Shown: piece after piece, positions 10,569 through 20,712 of the stretch
Numbering within the stretch: position 1 is the stretch's first letter
How the letters are laid out: the number at the start of each line of letters is the position of its first letter
Source of the DNA: an uncultured virus (IMG/VR IMGVR_UViG_3300030102_002633)
Lineage: Duplodnaviria; Heunggongvirae; Uroviricota; Caudoviricetes
Length of the DNA stretch: 64,000 nucleotides
Reading direction: 5' to 3' (one strand)
Virus record (IMG/VR): IMGVR_UViG_3300030102_002633
Program-made: the position numbers and the translations under genes
Notes under the pieces: model-generated
What the model saw: only the letters and a program-made list of their open reading frames with translations
What the model was told of the DNA's origin: nothing
The model's database searches: none

Positions 10569-11479
10569 TCATCCAACTCCGTTTGGTTATTGTCTTTCAT
10601 TATCTTTGCTACATCCCAACCCATTGCTTCATAGATGGGTTCTGCCTTGCTTACGATAGAAGAAGCATAATGTCTGTAATCAGGGGTATACTCTTCTAGT
10701 TCAGCATAAGTATTCTTTGAAATATATCTTGGGCTAACATAGGTTTTATTCATAGGATGATAATATGTGTCTTTTACGTCAACTATTTTTAGATACAAGT
10801 ATGAATCCTCTATTAGATTATCAGGGTTCATGTAGTTGTGATAGATTACTCCTTCTACACCTGAACCGATAATCGCTCTCTTACCTTCTAATGTTACATA
10901 TGTAGGATTATTGCAACACACCTTCATTGGGTCATTGACTAAATCCATCAGTGATATCTTAGGATTCTTTCTTTTAGAATAAAACCCTTCTTTGGTGCAA
11001 TTGCTACATTTAACACTGAATCTTTCTTCACGGTATCTGCTTCGTTGTGCAAGTTTAGATACCTCAATGTCTCCATTCAGAACCTTTTGATACTCAGACT
11101 GTAAGAAAGAAGTTATCTCTTCTTCTGATTGTTCCTTAACCCATCTGTCTAAGACTTCTAACTGAATCTCCTTAGCAAGAGGAGTAATTGCTACTCTCTT
11201 TGCCGTGAATCCTGTCATCGTGAATTGTAACTCATCGAGAAACTCTCCATCTTTCCATGATATTAGACCTGCATTTCTGTTTTTCTTACATCCTACACCT
11301 AAAGTCTTGAAGAACTTCTCAAACTCTAAGGTTACAGGATGTTCCTCTAACCCTAACAAGTTTGGAAACTTCTTCCTAACATGAGTGTTAAGAATCTGTA
11401 AAACATCTTCTGCTTTACTGATATCATCATCTTCCATCTCTACATAGATGGAATCTGTATGTCCATAAACTACTTTCAT
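10559..11479 (-). CDS. polB: Family B DNA polymerase, C-terminal part (motif C, thumb)
   Basis: Starts MKVVYGHTDSIYV (YGDTDS variant); LEFEK, KKNRNAG; Zn-ribbon-like insert. Confidence 0.9.
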   Translation of the reverse strand: MKVVYGHTDSIYVEMEDDDISKAEDVLQILNTHVRKKFPNLLGLEEHPVTLEFEKFFKTLGVGCKKNRNAGLISWKDGEFLDELQFTMTGFTAKRVAITPLAKEIQLEVLDRWVKEQSEEEITSFLQSEYQKVLNGDIEVSKLAQRSRYREERFSVKCSNCTKEGFYSKRKNPKISLMDLVNDPMKVCCNNPTYVTLEGKRAIIGSGVEGVIYHNYMNPDNLIEDSYLYLKIVDVKDTYYHPMNKTYVSPRYISKNTYAELEEYTPDYRHYASSIVSKAEPIYEAMGWDVAKIMKDNNQTELDEWF

Positions 11480-11839
11480 TTACATCACTATCCTATACAA
11501 ATACGTACTTTTTCTCTTTAGGTTGCTTTCAGGTATTAACAAATCGTTCCTATCTAAATTGTGGTGAGCAACAATTCTACTAACTATGTAGTATGTGTTT
11601 TTCTTTGGTGTGGGTAATCCGAAAACCTTACCTCTCCACCCAACTGAATTATACCAATCACTTTTTTCAAATATGGGTATTTTCAACCCATCCATTTCTA
11701 CAAGTTCTACCTTCTCCGTAGATTGATTATTCATTCTAGCCCACATTTTACTAGGTTCTATTACAACTTTCTTTTCTTCACCATCAACAGTCTGATGTAT
11801 TACAACATCATGGTTAGTTAGATTGATTAACTTCACCAT
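11480..11839 (-). CDS. Conserved viral hypothetical protein between the polB halves
   Basis: NLTxH...GLPxP...YIVS..VA...DLLIP pattern seen in many phage proteins. Confidence 0.7.
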   Translation of the reverse strand: MVKLINLTNHDVVIHQTVDGEEKKVVIEPSKMWARMNNQSTEKVELVEMDGLKIPIFEKSDWYNSVGWRGKVFGLPTPKKNTYYIVSRIVAHHNLDRNDLLIPESNLKRKSTYLYRIVM

Positions 11840-13542
11840 TATAACTCCCTCACTTTGAACGCTGCTTCTCTAATAGCCTCTCTTGCACTTGCAGTGATAC
11901 TTGCGGCTAAATCAACATTAGCCCAACCGAATCCCTGATAGGCAATAATACCGTAAAAAGAAGCCATCAATCTTTTCACTGCTAACTGGTTATTATTCCA
12001 CTTGTTAAACTCAGACTTTCCTTTAGCCATCTTCATGTTTTTCTTGTATTCATTACGTAGTTCTTTGAGTTCTAATACTGCTTTTGGTAAAAGACCCAAC
12101 TTATCTGTTTTGAAATACATCATGTTTTTCTGCTTGACATCGGAGAAATCTCTTGGTGTAGCAAGATTAACTGCAAACTCCGTTGGCTCAAGTGAAATTG
12201 TTTCCCATGATATATTCCTTGACACAATCATACTTGGGTATAGACCTGCAAAATCAAATGCGGCAACATTGTTGTGAATACCATTTGTGCCTTCTGTGAG
12301 GGGATTGTATATCATAGCCCCGTCATAGTCCTTGCGTTCTCCTTTCCTCCCCGTAGGGGCTTTCCAAGAGGCATTACGCATGAAATATATTCCACCCATG
12401 TTACTCGCATAGAAACAAGCATCGAATGGAGCAATCAAAAGTTTCTGCAACGCCAAAACTGCATCAATACAATGGTTGTTCTCATCAATCTTGACTAACA
12501 ACTCAACGTCTTTCTCAGCATATTCCAAGTAAGTGTCTGCATCTTCTGTCCATGCTTTCTTGAAGAAGTCATTCTTATCAGGGAACTTTTCACTGACTAA
12601 TTTTTTCTCGCCTAAGATAGTTTCTGAAACATAGTCCAATGCAAGAGAAGGTAATGTTCCCTTCTGTGCATCATTCCATTGACGCTCAAAAACCAAATCT
12701 AAGGCTACTGTGATAACACCCTTGATTGGTTGATTGATAGGTGAGAACCTTTCTACTCTTGACTTCCAAATAGTAGGTGAATTGTTCTTCCAACCAATAC
12801 CTGTAATCTCACCAAATGGCGACATCACTCTTGGGTCTAATTCATGGTGAACCATACGTATCAATAACTTAGGCAAATCGAACTTCCACCCGAACCATGA
12901 AACAAGCATATCAGGCTCTTTATCAACAAACATAGCCATGAATCTTGAAAGCATATGTCTTTCACTTCTACACTCAATCAGTACACTATCTACCAAAGAT
13001 GACTCGTTATCATCAAACCTATCTCCTTTGAAATCCACTACATAGGGATACCAAACAAACGTGTAATACTTCTCATCAAAGTTATCATAGACTACGATAC
13101 AAGTAATCTGCTCATCGTAATCACCGCCTTGCATCCACTCCATATCCCAATACCATTTTCTTGGTCTTTGTTCAGGAATAGCATCAAGTTCATCAACTGC
13201 ATATCTGTAATAATGAGCAACATCTGCTTCGTATGTATCAATACCCATCTTATCTAAAGCAACTCTAATGTCCTTAGCATATCTTGGATGGTTAGGAGTC
13301 CATGTAACTTTGTCTAAAGGTTCACCGTAGAGATTGTTTTCTTCTGTTCTCTCAGAACTAAGTTCTAATCTAAAACTACCATGATTGTCTTTACAGGGTA
13401 TAGATAAACTTCTATCAACAGTCCCTCTATCAACATAGAAGTATGGTCTAAACTCTGAATGGGATACAACCTTAGATTGAATCTCTCCATCGGTGTTTCT
13501 CCACCTTACTCCTATTCCTTCTTCTAAATTACATATTATCAT
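11839..13542 (-). CDS. polB: Family B DNA polymerase, N-terminal part (exonuclease, motifs A and B)
   Basis: WDMEW, FDLPKL, YAEKD exonuclease motifs; DFAGLYPSMI (A); KRLMASFYG (B). Confidence 0.92.
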   Translation of the reverse strand: MIICNLEEGIGVRWRNTDGEIQSKVVSHSEFRPYFYVDRGTVDRSLSIPCKDNHGSFRLELSSERTEENNLYGEPLDKVTWTPNHPRYAKDIRVALDKMGIDTYEADVAHYYRYAVDELDAIPEQRPRKWYWDMEWMQGGDYDEQITCIVVYDNFDEKYYTFVWYPYVVDFKGDRFDDNESSLVDSVLIECRSERHMLSRFMAMFVDKEPDMLVSWFGWKFDLPKLLIRMVHHELDPRVMSPFGEITGIGWKNNSPTIWKSRVERFSPINQPIKGVITVALDLVFERQWNDAQKGTLPSLALDYVSETILGEKKLVSEKFPDKNDFFKKAWTEDADTYLEYAEKDVELLVKIDENNHCIDAVLALQKLLIAPFDACFYASNMGGIYFMRNASWKAPTGRKGERKDYDGAMIYNPLTEGTNGIHNNVAAFDFAGLYPSMIVSRNISWETISLEPTEFAVNLATPRDFSDVKQKNMMYFKTDKLGLLPKAVLELKELRNEYKKNMKMAKGKSEFNKWNNNQLAVKRLMASFYGIIAYQGFGWANVDLAASITASAREAIREAAFKVREL

Positions 13543-13641
13543 TATTATTCCTCTTCTATATTAAAACCGGATATATCAACGGCTGACTGTCCTGTTCCGC
13601 AAGTTTCTAACCAAATCAACTTTATTCTTTCATCCATACAC

Positions 13642-14421
13642 TCACCTATTACCTATGTATGGTGCTTTCAATAGCATTCTTGTTGGTGTTACAAACAATA
13701 TTGGTGCATCGTCATTGATGTAAAGACGAACTGTTCCCTTGAGGAACTTAGTTACTTGACCATTGAACTCAACAGTAGCGTCTGCACCTTCTGACATTGT
13801 AGTTTCAATAACTACATCAAACTTATCGGTTATACTTTTCCTACTTGACATGATTAGACTTTCTTCATCTTCATTATAATCAAACTTGTAACGTGCAAGT
13901 CCAACAACATCACAACTCTTACTTGCTGAAAGTATCTCATCTTCTGAGATAACTACTTCTGTCTTATATTCTGTTTTACCGAAAGTAGGCATACCTTCAC
14001 CCATACTGCGTAGTGTCTTGTGGAAGACTTCTCCTCTACTAATCATATTGGGTGTTGGGTGTTCTTCTACCAACGGTACTCTTGCGATTGAACTGTCATT
14101 CTTTATGGTAAGATAATCTCTAAATTCTAAAGTAACTATTCCAGTAAATCCCTTGAGATACTTTACAGTCTTCTCAATGTCAATTACAGTCCTACCACTT
14201 CTGAACAACTGTCCTTCTTCAAGTCTCAAGCGTATAACTGCAATGTTGATGTTATCTGCATTATATGCTACAAGGTAATCTCCTTCTACTTTCAACACTG
14301 CATAGTTACTAACCTGACCATTCTTGCAGGTATCTCCACTATTGTATTTACCTTTAACGGCAATCTCTTCAATTAATTCTCTAAATGTATTTACTTCTAA
14401 TTCTATTTGCATTTTAATCAT
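13642..14421 (-). CDS. pcn: PCNA-like sliding clamp
   Basis: About 260 aa, clamp-like secondary pattern, C-terminal APILF...LLKAP; adjacent to polB, near RFC. Confidence 0.65.
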   Translation of the reverse strand: MIKMQIELEVNTFRELIEEIAVKGKYNSGDTCKNGQVSNYAVLKVEGDYLVAYNADNINIAVIRLRLEEGQLFRSGRTVIDIEKTVKYLKGFTGIVTLEFRDYLTIKNDSSIARVPLVEEHPTPNMISRGEVFHKTLRSMGEGMPTFGKTEYKTEVVISEDEILSASKSCDVVGLARYKFDYNEDEESLIMSSRKSITDKFDVVIETTMSEGADATVEFNGQVTKFLKGTVRLYINDDAPILFVTPTRMLLKAPYIGNR

Positions 14422-14431
14422 CTCTTTTGGT

Positions 14432-14470
14432 GAAGATATCCCTACCCCTTTCGGAGTAGGAGATACCTTC
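14432..14470 (-). other. Intergenic stem-loop with GAAA tetraloop upstream of the clamp gene
   Basis: Minus strand GAAGGTATCTCCTACTCC-GAAA-GGGTAGGGATATCTTC. Confidence 0.55.
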
Positions 14471-14477
14471 TTTGTGT

Positions 14478-14771
14478 TCATCCCCAAATGAACTTCTGTT
14501 CTTTTCTCATGCTCAATACTTTATCTGAACATGAAGGGCAGAAAAACTGGTTCTTACCCAATGTTTTCAAGAAACGCCAACCCGCTACCTTTGCTACTTG
14601 CTTTATTTCAGTAGAGTTACGTGCATCAATAACTTTCAATGCAACGTTTCTATTACAACTTATTCTCTGTCCTTTTGTTATGGAAGGATGACCAACACAC
14701 TCCAAATGTAGCATTGTTGTGTATTGCCTAATCCTTTCAACGTTCATCCAATCTTCTTTCTCGTCCATCAT
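14478..14771 (-). CDS. Small Cys-rich hypothetical protein
   Basis: GW...FCPSC C-terminus; coupled to the upstream ATPase. Confidence 0.6.
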   Translation of the reverse strand: MMDEKEDWMNVERIRQYTTMLHLECVGHPSITKGQRISCNRNVALKVIDARNSTEIKQVAKVAGWRFLKTLGKNQFFCPSCSDKVLSMRKEQKFIWG

Positions 14772-15604
14772 ATTTCACCTGCCTTTATTTCCTCAATACC
14801 AGTCCAATCAATTACACCATCTTTGATAGATAAAACCAATCTTCGTGAACCAATCAACTGAGGATTTCTCGCACTTGCCTCAAAGAGAGCATGGTATTCA
14901 GCACCGTTCTTCCTGATGTCTCGGTTCATTCGTATTGTAGAAGTAAAGATGTCTTCTGTTGAAGAATGCCAATTAGCCTCTACACCAACAGGATTCGGAT
15001 TACCCGAATACTTGTCTTTAGAATGTGCAATAACTATTCGATGGCAAGGCATCTCTAATATCTGCTTATGTAAGAAGTTCTTGTAAGGAGTGTTTCTATC
15101 ACCCCAAACATAAGGAGGTTGCTTGATAACTGCATCAGCATCCATCTTGTGCTTTTCACGCATCTTAGTTTCGCAGACATCTGTAAGTAGTTTATCTGCT
15201 CCATCTACAATAACGGCTTTTAGTTTGCCTTCATTCAAACACTCCATAGCCATCTCATAGAAAGTTCTTGCATTTTCCATAGTAGCATCAAAGTCAACTA
15301 GACTGTCTTCCTTACGCTCTATTGGATTATCAACAACAATATTATCTATGTTCTTATAGTGATTTCTTTTTACATCAATAGCACGATTATCGAAATCAAA
15401 AACATATACCTTCATGTCATTTGCAATATCTTCTTCTGTTAAGATGTCTAATGCAATAGCAGTCTTAGCGGTTTTGGGTTCTCCCCAAATTCCAAGACAC
15501 ATGAAAGATATAGCAACTTGTGCCTTATGCTTTATCTTCTCTAATCTTTCTTTCTTTCTTTCTTCAAACGTTTTTGTTGTTTTAGTATTTGTGTTCCAAC
15601 TCAT
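14768..15604 (-). CDS. RecA-fold (Sak4/AAA_24-like) recombination ATPase
   Basis: GEPKTAKT Walker A, VFDFD, AVIVDG Walker B, IVIAHSK. Confidence 0.75.
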   Translation of the reverse strand: MSWNTNTKTTKTFEERKKERLEKIKHKAQVAISFMCLGIWGEPKTAKTAIALDILTEEDIANDMKVYVFDFDNRAIDVKRNHYKNIDNIVVDNPIERKEDSLVDFDATMENARTFYEMAMECLNEGKLKAVIVDGADKLLTDVCETKMREKHKMDADAVIKQPPYVWGDRNTPYKNFLHKQILEMPCHRIVIAHSKDKYSGNPNPVGVEANWHSSTEDIFTSTIRMNRDIRKNGAEYHALFEASARNPQLIGSRRLVLSIKDGVIDWTGIEEIKAGEI

Positions 15605-15869
15605 TGTAATCCCTATTCCTATATTCTACTAACGGATTTCCTACTGCTTCCAGTATCTCATTCAATCCCTTGTAGTCTACTTTTATTCTGATTTCTTTAC
15701 CTGATATAGTATGTAACTTAAGCCAATACTCATCAGTCTTGTTTTGGTTTTGTTTCCACGTAGTAAAATCTACGTTGCTCGCTCTAATCGCATAACTCTG
15801 ACCATGTATAACACTGTCATCATCAGCATAAGAGGTTATTTTGTATTCATCATAATATCCTTTGTTCAT
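15582..15869 (-). CDS. Hypothetical protein
   Basis: 95 aa, GGAG RBS. Confidence 0.6.
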   Translation of the reverse strand: MNKGYYDEYKITSYADDDSVIHGQSYAIRASNVDFTTWKQNQNKTDEYWLKLHTISGKEIRIKVDYKGLNEILEAVGNPLVEYRNRDYNELEHKY

Positions 15870-15948
15870 GTTTATTTCTCCTTTTTATTAAGAAGGGGCA
15901 TTGCACCCCTAAGACCAACAATAAGTGTATGGTTACACGGTTACGTAA

Positions 15949-17202
15949 TCAGACTGGCATCCAGTCATCATCGAAGTCATCATCATTCTCATCAATGTGA
16001 GTGATTTCTTCGGGGCTTCCGCCTCTTGCCTTTGTTACAAGAATGCCTGTAACGTTGATGGAAATGGGTCTTAGGTTTCCATCTTCATCAGTTCCTTGTG
16101 ATGTCCTTCCCACAACAACCACATTAGAACCTGTACCGAAATCAATTTCGATGTGTGGTGGTGTCCAACAGGTGATGGAGTCATCCCATGAAAAGTCGGC
16201 AACGTTCTCCAAGTTGTAATCCGACATATGGAATAACCTGTTTCCATTCTTTGTTGGGTTCATGTTAACAGTTGTTACCTGACCATCAGTAAAGATGTAT
16301 CTATCGTTGTAGTTAGTTTTGTTCTGTAACTCGTTGTGAGCCAGTTCCAAGTCAACTACTGCGAAGAAATTATCTCCACTATACTCCATGAGAGATTCTC
16401 TCATGTCTACTGTTGACATATCCTTCTTACGGGAATCATCATCAGCAAGGTCACTGTTGTATGCAAGACTTCCAAGAGTGTGAGCCTTACCTCCATGTAT
16501 TTTACTACCGTCACTTGAGTTTATGATACACTCAAAGTGAACCCACTCAAACGTCTTAGGATTGAACTCCTTAGATGCTGGCCCTTTGTAGTTGAAGTAG
16601 TATTTACCCATGTTGCCTTCGACTTCACCGATAAACACTGCTGACCTTCTCCACTCGGAAGCAGCCAGTGGCTTACCATAGCGAGCCTTGTTCCATTCAG
16701 CATCGTTAGTATCAAGAGGAACTACAAAAGTTCCGTCTTCCATATCTACGTTGTTTGCAGGTAGGCTTACCATTACCTTCATCACTTCTTCGCCTTCTCT
16801 TACCATTCTTGCTTCGTACTTACCATCATCAGTTGGAGTGAATACTGCAACTTGTCCTAAGTTGTATGTTCCATCTCTATCCCTACGATAGTCTGCAACT
16901 ATTCTCTCGTTCTGCATAGCAAGCATATCTCTTGCGTCATCCACACTTACGAAATAACCGAATGCCGTCTTATACCATCCACCGGATGAACCCGATGTGT
17001 TAGCAGTGGTAGTGTTCTTCTGCGCTCTTAACGCATTGTTATAGAACTCCTTCCACAAGTTTAGAGCCAACATTGGCTCCTCACTCACATTGACGTTGTT
17101 CTTGGAACATATGTCCTCAAACCTCGCCAACGCTTCTGCTTCGGTATAACCGATAGCATCAGCAGTTTTCGCTATTGCTTGTCTTACTTCATTTTCATTC
17201 AT
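15949..17202 (-). CDS. Putative OB-fold ssDNA-binding protein (RPA-like)
   Basis: C-terminal OB-like DFGTGSNVVVVGR...INVTGI and acidic tail DDDFDDDWMPV; replication context. Confidence 0.6.
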   Translation of the reverse strand: MNENEVRQAIAKTADAIGYTEAEALARFEDICSKNNVNVSEEPMLALNLWKEFYNNALRAQKNTTTANTSGSSGGWYKTAFGYFVSVDDARDMLAMQNERIVADYRRDRDGTYNLGQVAVFTPTDDGKYEARMVREGEEVMKVMVSLPANNVDMEDGTFVVPLDTNDAEWNKARYGKPLAASEWRRSAVFIGEVEGNMGKYYFNYKGPASKEFNPKTFEWVHFECIINSSDGSKIHGGKAHTLGSLAYNSDLADDDSRKKDMSTVDMRESLMEYSGDNFFAVVDLELAHNELQNKTNYNDRYIFTDGQVTTVNMNPTKNGNRLFHMSDYNLENVADFSWDDSITCWTPPHIEIDFGTGSNVVVVGRTSQGTDEDGNLRPISINVTGILVTKARGGSPEEITHIDENDDDFDDDWMPV

Positions 17203-17458
17203 TTTTCTTTTCCTCCATTTGTTGCTTTCGCTTTCTTTCATATTTTATTTCCACTAATCCTTCTGTAAGCATGACTAAGCCACACATTATCCAAAAGAAA
17301 TTGGAATCTACGCTGATGTAATTTAGCGTGTTTAGTATAGGTAGCACTATCAGCAACGCACCACCTAACGCTATTATCTCATATCGAAGTAGTAGGTGTT
17401 CTACATCTTGTAGGTCTACTACCCCGTCTTCATTAAAGTCTAATCTTGACATTACCAT
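17195..17458 (-). CDS. Small membrane protein with EF-hand/dockerin-like loop
   Basis: DFNEDGVVDLQD followed by two hydrophobic segments. Confidence 0.65.
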   Translation of the reverse strand: MVMSRLDFNEDGVVDLQDVEHLLLRYEIIALGGALLIVLPILNTLNYISVDSNFFWIMCGLVMLTEGLVEIKYERKRKQQMEEKKNE

Positions 17459-17537
17459 CTTCTCCTTCTTCTTCCTGTAAACTCTACTCTCAATACAAAT
17501 CTCAATAAAATATACGCAAGTAAAACTACTTCAATCA

Positions 17538-18467
17538 TTATACCATCTGTCCTATCATCCAAGATGCCAATACTTTGGGAGTCATATTACTACTTCTCCA
17601 TTCGGCTTCCCCAACTACACGGAGTAACTTGAACTTAGACTGTCGCCCTAAATCAGTCTTCAAAATAATATCGTGTAGATTTACACAGATAGTTTTCATA
17701 TCAGTAGACGTATGTATCAATTTATGCACCTTCTCCAAAGCATTAGTATGGTTATTCTCGATTATCATGTTTATTATTTCAGAGTATGGCTCAAGGCTCT
17801 TGTCTATCTGACTTTGTAGGCTTCGGTTTGATGAGGATGAAGCCTGTAATTCGTTAATCCCTCGCCTCAAGTCTCCCTGTAAATAGGTAATGAAGGTTTC
17901 TAAATCCTCATCTGAATGCCTATTAATGTTCTCAGAATCCAAAATATTTCTCAGAATACCGAACATATTCTCAGAAGAAACTCTCTTGAATCCATAATTA
18001 GCACACCTTGAAAGCAAGGGTGAGATGATTTTGTGTCTATCGTTACAAGTAATGATAAATCTACAATTATCTGAATATCTCTCCATCACTCTCTTGAGTG
18101 CATTCTGAGCATCCTTAGTCATACCATCCATCTCATCGAGAAGTATAATCTTGAATGGGGCTTCACCCAATCTCTTAGTCGTTGCAATATCCTTAATCTT
18201 GGTTCTGACAGTTTCTAACTTTCTATCATCAGAGGCATTAATCTCAAAGAAATTACCTTCCTTATCTTCTCCTAAGATATCGTTCACTAATGAGATAGAT
18301 GCGGCGGTTTTACCTGTTCCCGCCAAACCATACAAAATCACATTAGGCATATTCTTGTTTAGCACCCAATGTTCAGCATCGTGAACAAAGTTGCTCTGTC
18401 CTACTATTCCACTCAAAGTGGTTGGTCTATATTTTTCTACCCATAATTCATTTTTCATTTTCATCAT
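17538..18467 (-). CDS. rfcS: Replication factor C small subunit (clamp loader)
   Basis: WVEKYRP, GLAGTGKT, EINASD, IILLDEMD, AQNALKR, SRC, GDLRRGIN. Confidence 0.95.
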   Translation of the reverse strand: MMKMKNELWVEKYRPTTLSGIVGQSNFVHDAEHWVLNKNMPNVILYGLAGTGKTAASISLVNDILGEDKEGNFFEINASDDRKLETVRTKIKDIATTKRLGEAPFKIILLDEMDGMTKDAQNALKRVMERYSDNCRFIITCNDRHKIISPLLSRCANYGFKRVSSENMFGILRNILDSENINRHSDEDLETFITYLQGDLRRGINELQASSSSNRSLQSQIDKSLEPYSEIINMIIENNHTNALEKVHKLIHTSTDMKTICVNLHDIILKTDLGRQSKFKLLRVVGEAEWRSSNMTPKVLASWMIGQMV

Positions 18468-19068
18468 CTTCCATTATCATTAATTCATCTAACCAATTGT
18501 CATCTTCTTCATTGTCATCTTCTTCATCTATTACGGTTTCTGTATTTGTTGAAAAAAGTAATCTTTTTTGGGGAACTCTGCCGCAATAAATCTCGTAACA
18601 CCTTTGACAATTGAATGTCCTATTGAAATATCTTACATCACCGCTTTTGTTTTGAAACTTTACTTCTATTCTAATAGGAATACCACAATCAAAACAAACT
18701 GATTCGCCAGTAACACTTTCCAACTTAACATACGCTCTTTTACTCTCTGTACTATCCTTATCACTATCTAATTTCCAACGACCCCTTACAACAAGTGAAT
18801 CATTTTCTACATTGTATTGTCGAAGTGCTAAGTGTAGTATTTGTGAAAAGAAGTTAGTGTCCCCATACCTATTTTGTTTGAGTCTTCCTACCTTCTTACT
18901 TTTTGAAGGTTGCACATCCTTTAGCATATGACCCGGCAATGGGATGATATAATCCATCACATCATCCATGATAAACGGGACGTTATATGGAAACTCCTCC
19001 AAGAAAGTAAGTAATACTGCTCTACATTTATCATGGTTATAACGAGTGGTTGCTCCATATGTTCCCAT
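18448..19068 (-). CDS. Hypothetical protein with Zn ribbon
   Basis: CFDC...CQRC; TAATG coupling. Confidence 0.6.
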   Translation of the reverse strand: MGTYGATTRYNHDKCRAVLLTFLEEFPYNVPFIMDDVMDYIIPLPGHMLKDVQPSKSKKVGRLKQNRYGDTNFFSQILHLALRQYNVENDSLVVRGRWKLDSDKDSTESKRAYVKLESVTGESVCFDCGIPIRIEVKFQNKSGDVRYFNRTFNCQRCYEIYCGRVPQKRLLFSTNTETVIDEEDDNEEDDNWLDELMIMEDDENEK

Positions 19069-19919
19069 TAGAACCACGCTCCCAACCCCTGTTGTGGGAC
19101 AATTCTATCTGTTTTCTTTCTCCTTTTCTTCTCACCTAAGTTCAGAAGTCTACATTCTGCATTATTGTATTTGGTTTTAGCAAATTGCTTGAAACTTTCA
19201 TCTTTTAATAAATCCATTAACAGATAAGACTCTTTAGGCTTTAATCCGACTCTTCTTGATAGACTTGGTAACTTAGAATAAGAACCACGCTTAGGCATCT
19301 GCATCTTCCTAGCCATTCTACCATCGTGTGAATACGCTAAAAGTTCGTAGAAATAATCAGTATTCCATCTTCTCTTAACTGAGAAATCAACGAATGATAA
19401 TTTGTTTGGATGTAAGTTAGGTGCAAGCCAAGACAATAAATGAATGTCTGACGGAGTAGATAACTTCAACATAGTTGCAACTTCATCCCTATCAGGATTC
19501 TTTAGATATTCTCTAACCATAGGGTAGATATCAATATCAAACTCCTTTGGTTCATCTGCTCTTGATGTTTCAACATCATGCTCTATCTTCTTGTTTGCTC
19601 TTTTCAGTTGGCACAATGAAAACAAATCTTTTGGGACTGACTTCTGATTATCAGAAATCAATACCACTTGTCCTCGATATTCTAACAGAGTTTTCTTAAT
19701 CAATTCTGTATTAGGTTTGTAGTGAACCTCATCAATTATTATTCCTCTTTCTTTTGGAATGCTAAAGTTATCTTCTATGTTATACTCATTAGCATACATT
19801 ACTATTGCATCTTCTGATACAAATGACTTGGCTCTCTTCATCTTATTCAATGAAGCATTACCTACTACAATCATAGGTTTAGTTTTCTTGTGTTCCATTG
19901 CCGTTTTTATTAGACTCAT
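19068..19919 (-). CDS. Degenerate RFC large-subunit-like protein
   Basis: PMIVVGN..NK (decayed Walker A), GIIIDEVH Walker B, basic C-terminus; near rfcS. Confidence 0.55.
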   Translation of the reverse strand: MSLIKTAMEHKKTKPMIVVGNASLNKMKRAKSFVSEDAIVMYANEYNIEDNFSIPKERGIIIDEVHYKPNTELIKKTLLEYRGQVVLISDNQKSVPKDLFSLCQLKRANKKIEHDVETSRADEPKEFDIDIYPMVREYLKNPDRDEVATMLKLSTPSDIHLLSWLAPNLHPNKLSFVDFSVKRRWNTDYFYELLAYSHDGRMARKMQMPKRGSYSKLPSLSRRVGLKPKESYLLMDLLKDESFKQFAKTKYNNAECRLLNLGEKKRRKKTDRIVPQQGLGAWF

Positions 19920-20220
19920 TTATTCTCACTTCCAATATTTCTTTGTAATTATTATTGCAGTCTTTGCAACTTATCATGGCTACATACCATAACAATTCAT
20001 TTTCTTCTTGAATACCTATTTCATATCCAAATGTTTTACTTCCACATTCTCTACAACCTTCAAGTTGTAATCTCACCATATGGTGAGTTGCTATTTCTTC
20101 TTCGTTCATATGCTCTGTTTCAGCACCTTCTAATTTCTGCTTTAGAACTTGAGTTCTACAAATAGTGCATAATGCAAAGTTAAGCACTGTCTCGTTCTTA
20201 TTACAACGAGAACAAATCAT
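19879..20220 (-). CDS. Double Zn-finger protein
   Basis: Four CxxC motifs. Confidence 0.65.
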   Translation of the reverse strand: MICSRCNKNETVLNFALCTICRTQVLKQKLEGAETEHMNEEEIATHHMVRLQLEGCRECGSKTFGYEIGIQEENELLWYVAMISCKDCNNNYKEILEVRINESNKNGNGTQEN

Positions 20221-20699
20221 TCAATCAACCCCTTAAGCCTGAATACTTCATCTAAGCCTTTAGCAGTCAAGTGTTTTTTAGTTTCTACATTGATTAGAAT
20301 AAGTAGAAAGGTCAACCACGTTTCTTTACTATCTTCTTTACCTGCATAGATAATATTAGTTTCATCTAAAGCATCTTGCAAGTAAACTTCTTGAAAATTA
20401 CGTATTTGGTCTATTCTTCCTATTCTAAGTATAGGTCTTGGTCTTGCTTTTGACTCAGACTCCTTTAATGTAGAATAAATACCATTTTGAGTGAAAACTC
20501 TCTGTAATTTACTAAGAAGAAACATATCTCCTCTAAAATCAATAGAGAGTTTGACTTTGTATCCTAAATCATGACGGCTATCCTTGTTTATCCTGACTAT
20601 TGGCTTTGCTAACACTGCACATATACCTGATACTGCGTCTTTGTTCAGTCCTTCAACTGATATCAAGTTCCACATGACACTTCGTAAGCAATTTAGCAC
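20217..20699 (-). CDS. LAGLIDADG-like protein, probably catalytically inactive
   Basis: GYKVKLSI..., KKHLTAKGLDEV C-terminus typical of single-motif LAGLIDADG proteins; catalytic helix reads VSGICAVLA. Confidence 0.55.
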   Translation of the reverse strand: MLNCLRSVMWNLISVEGLNKDAVSGICAVLAKPIVRINKDSRHDLGYKVKLSIDFRGDMFLLSKLQRVFTQNGIYSTLKESESKARPRPILRIGRIDQIRNFQEVYLQDALDETNIIYAGKEDSKETWLTFLLILINVETKKHLTAKGLDEVFRLKGLIE

Positions 20700-20712
20700 A
20701 TAATAATTTGCC

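Noticed and set aside
11480..11839. Split intein or intron in polB
   Set aside because: No Cys/Ser intein start, no His-Asn end, and no non-coding space for an intron
14768..15604. MSW start of the Sak4-like ATPase as a W-tag
   Set aside because: MSWNTNTK lacks the hydrophobic [IV][LIV]K part of the motif
20075..20084. Extra ACCATATGGT copy
   Set aside because: Lies inside a CDS and lacks the ACAAAGT/ACTTTGT arms; likely chance
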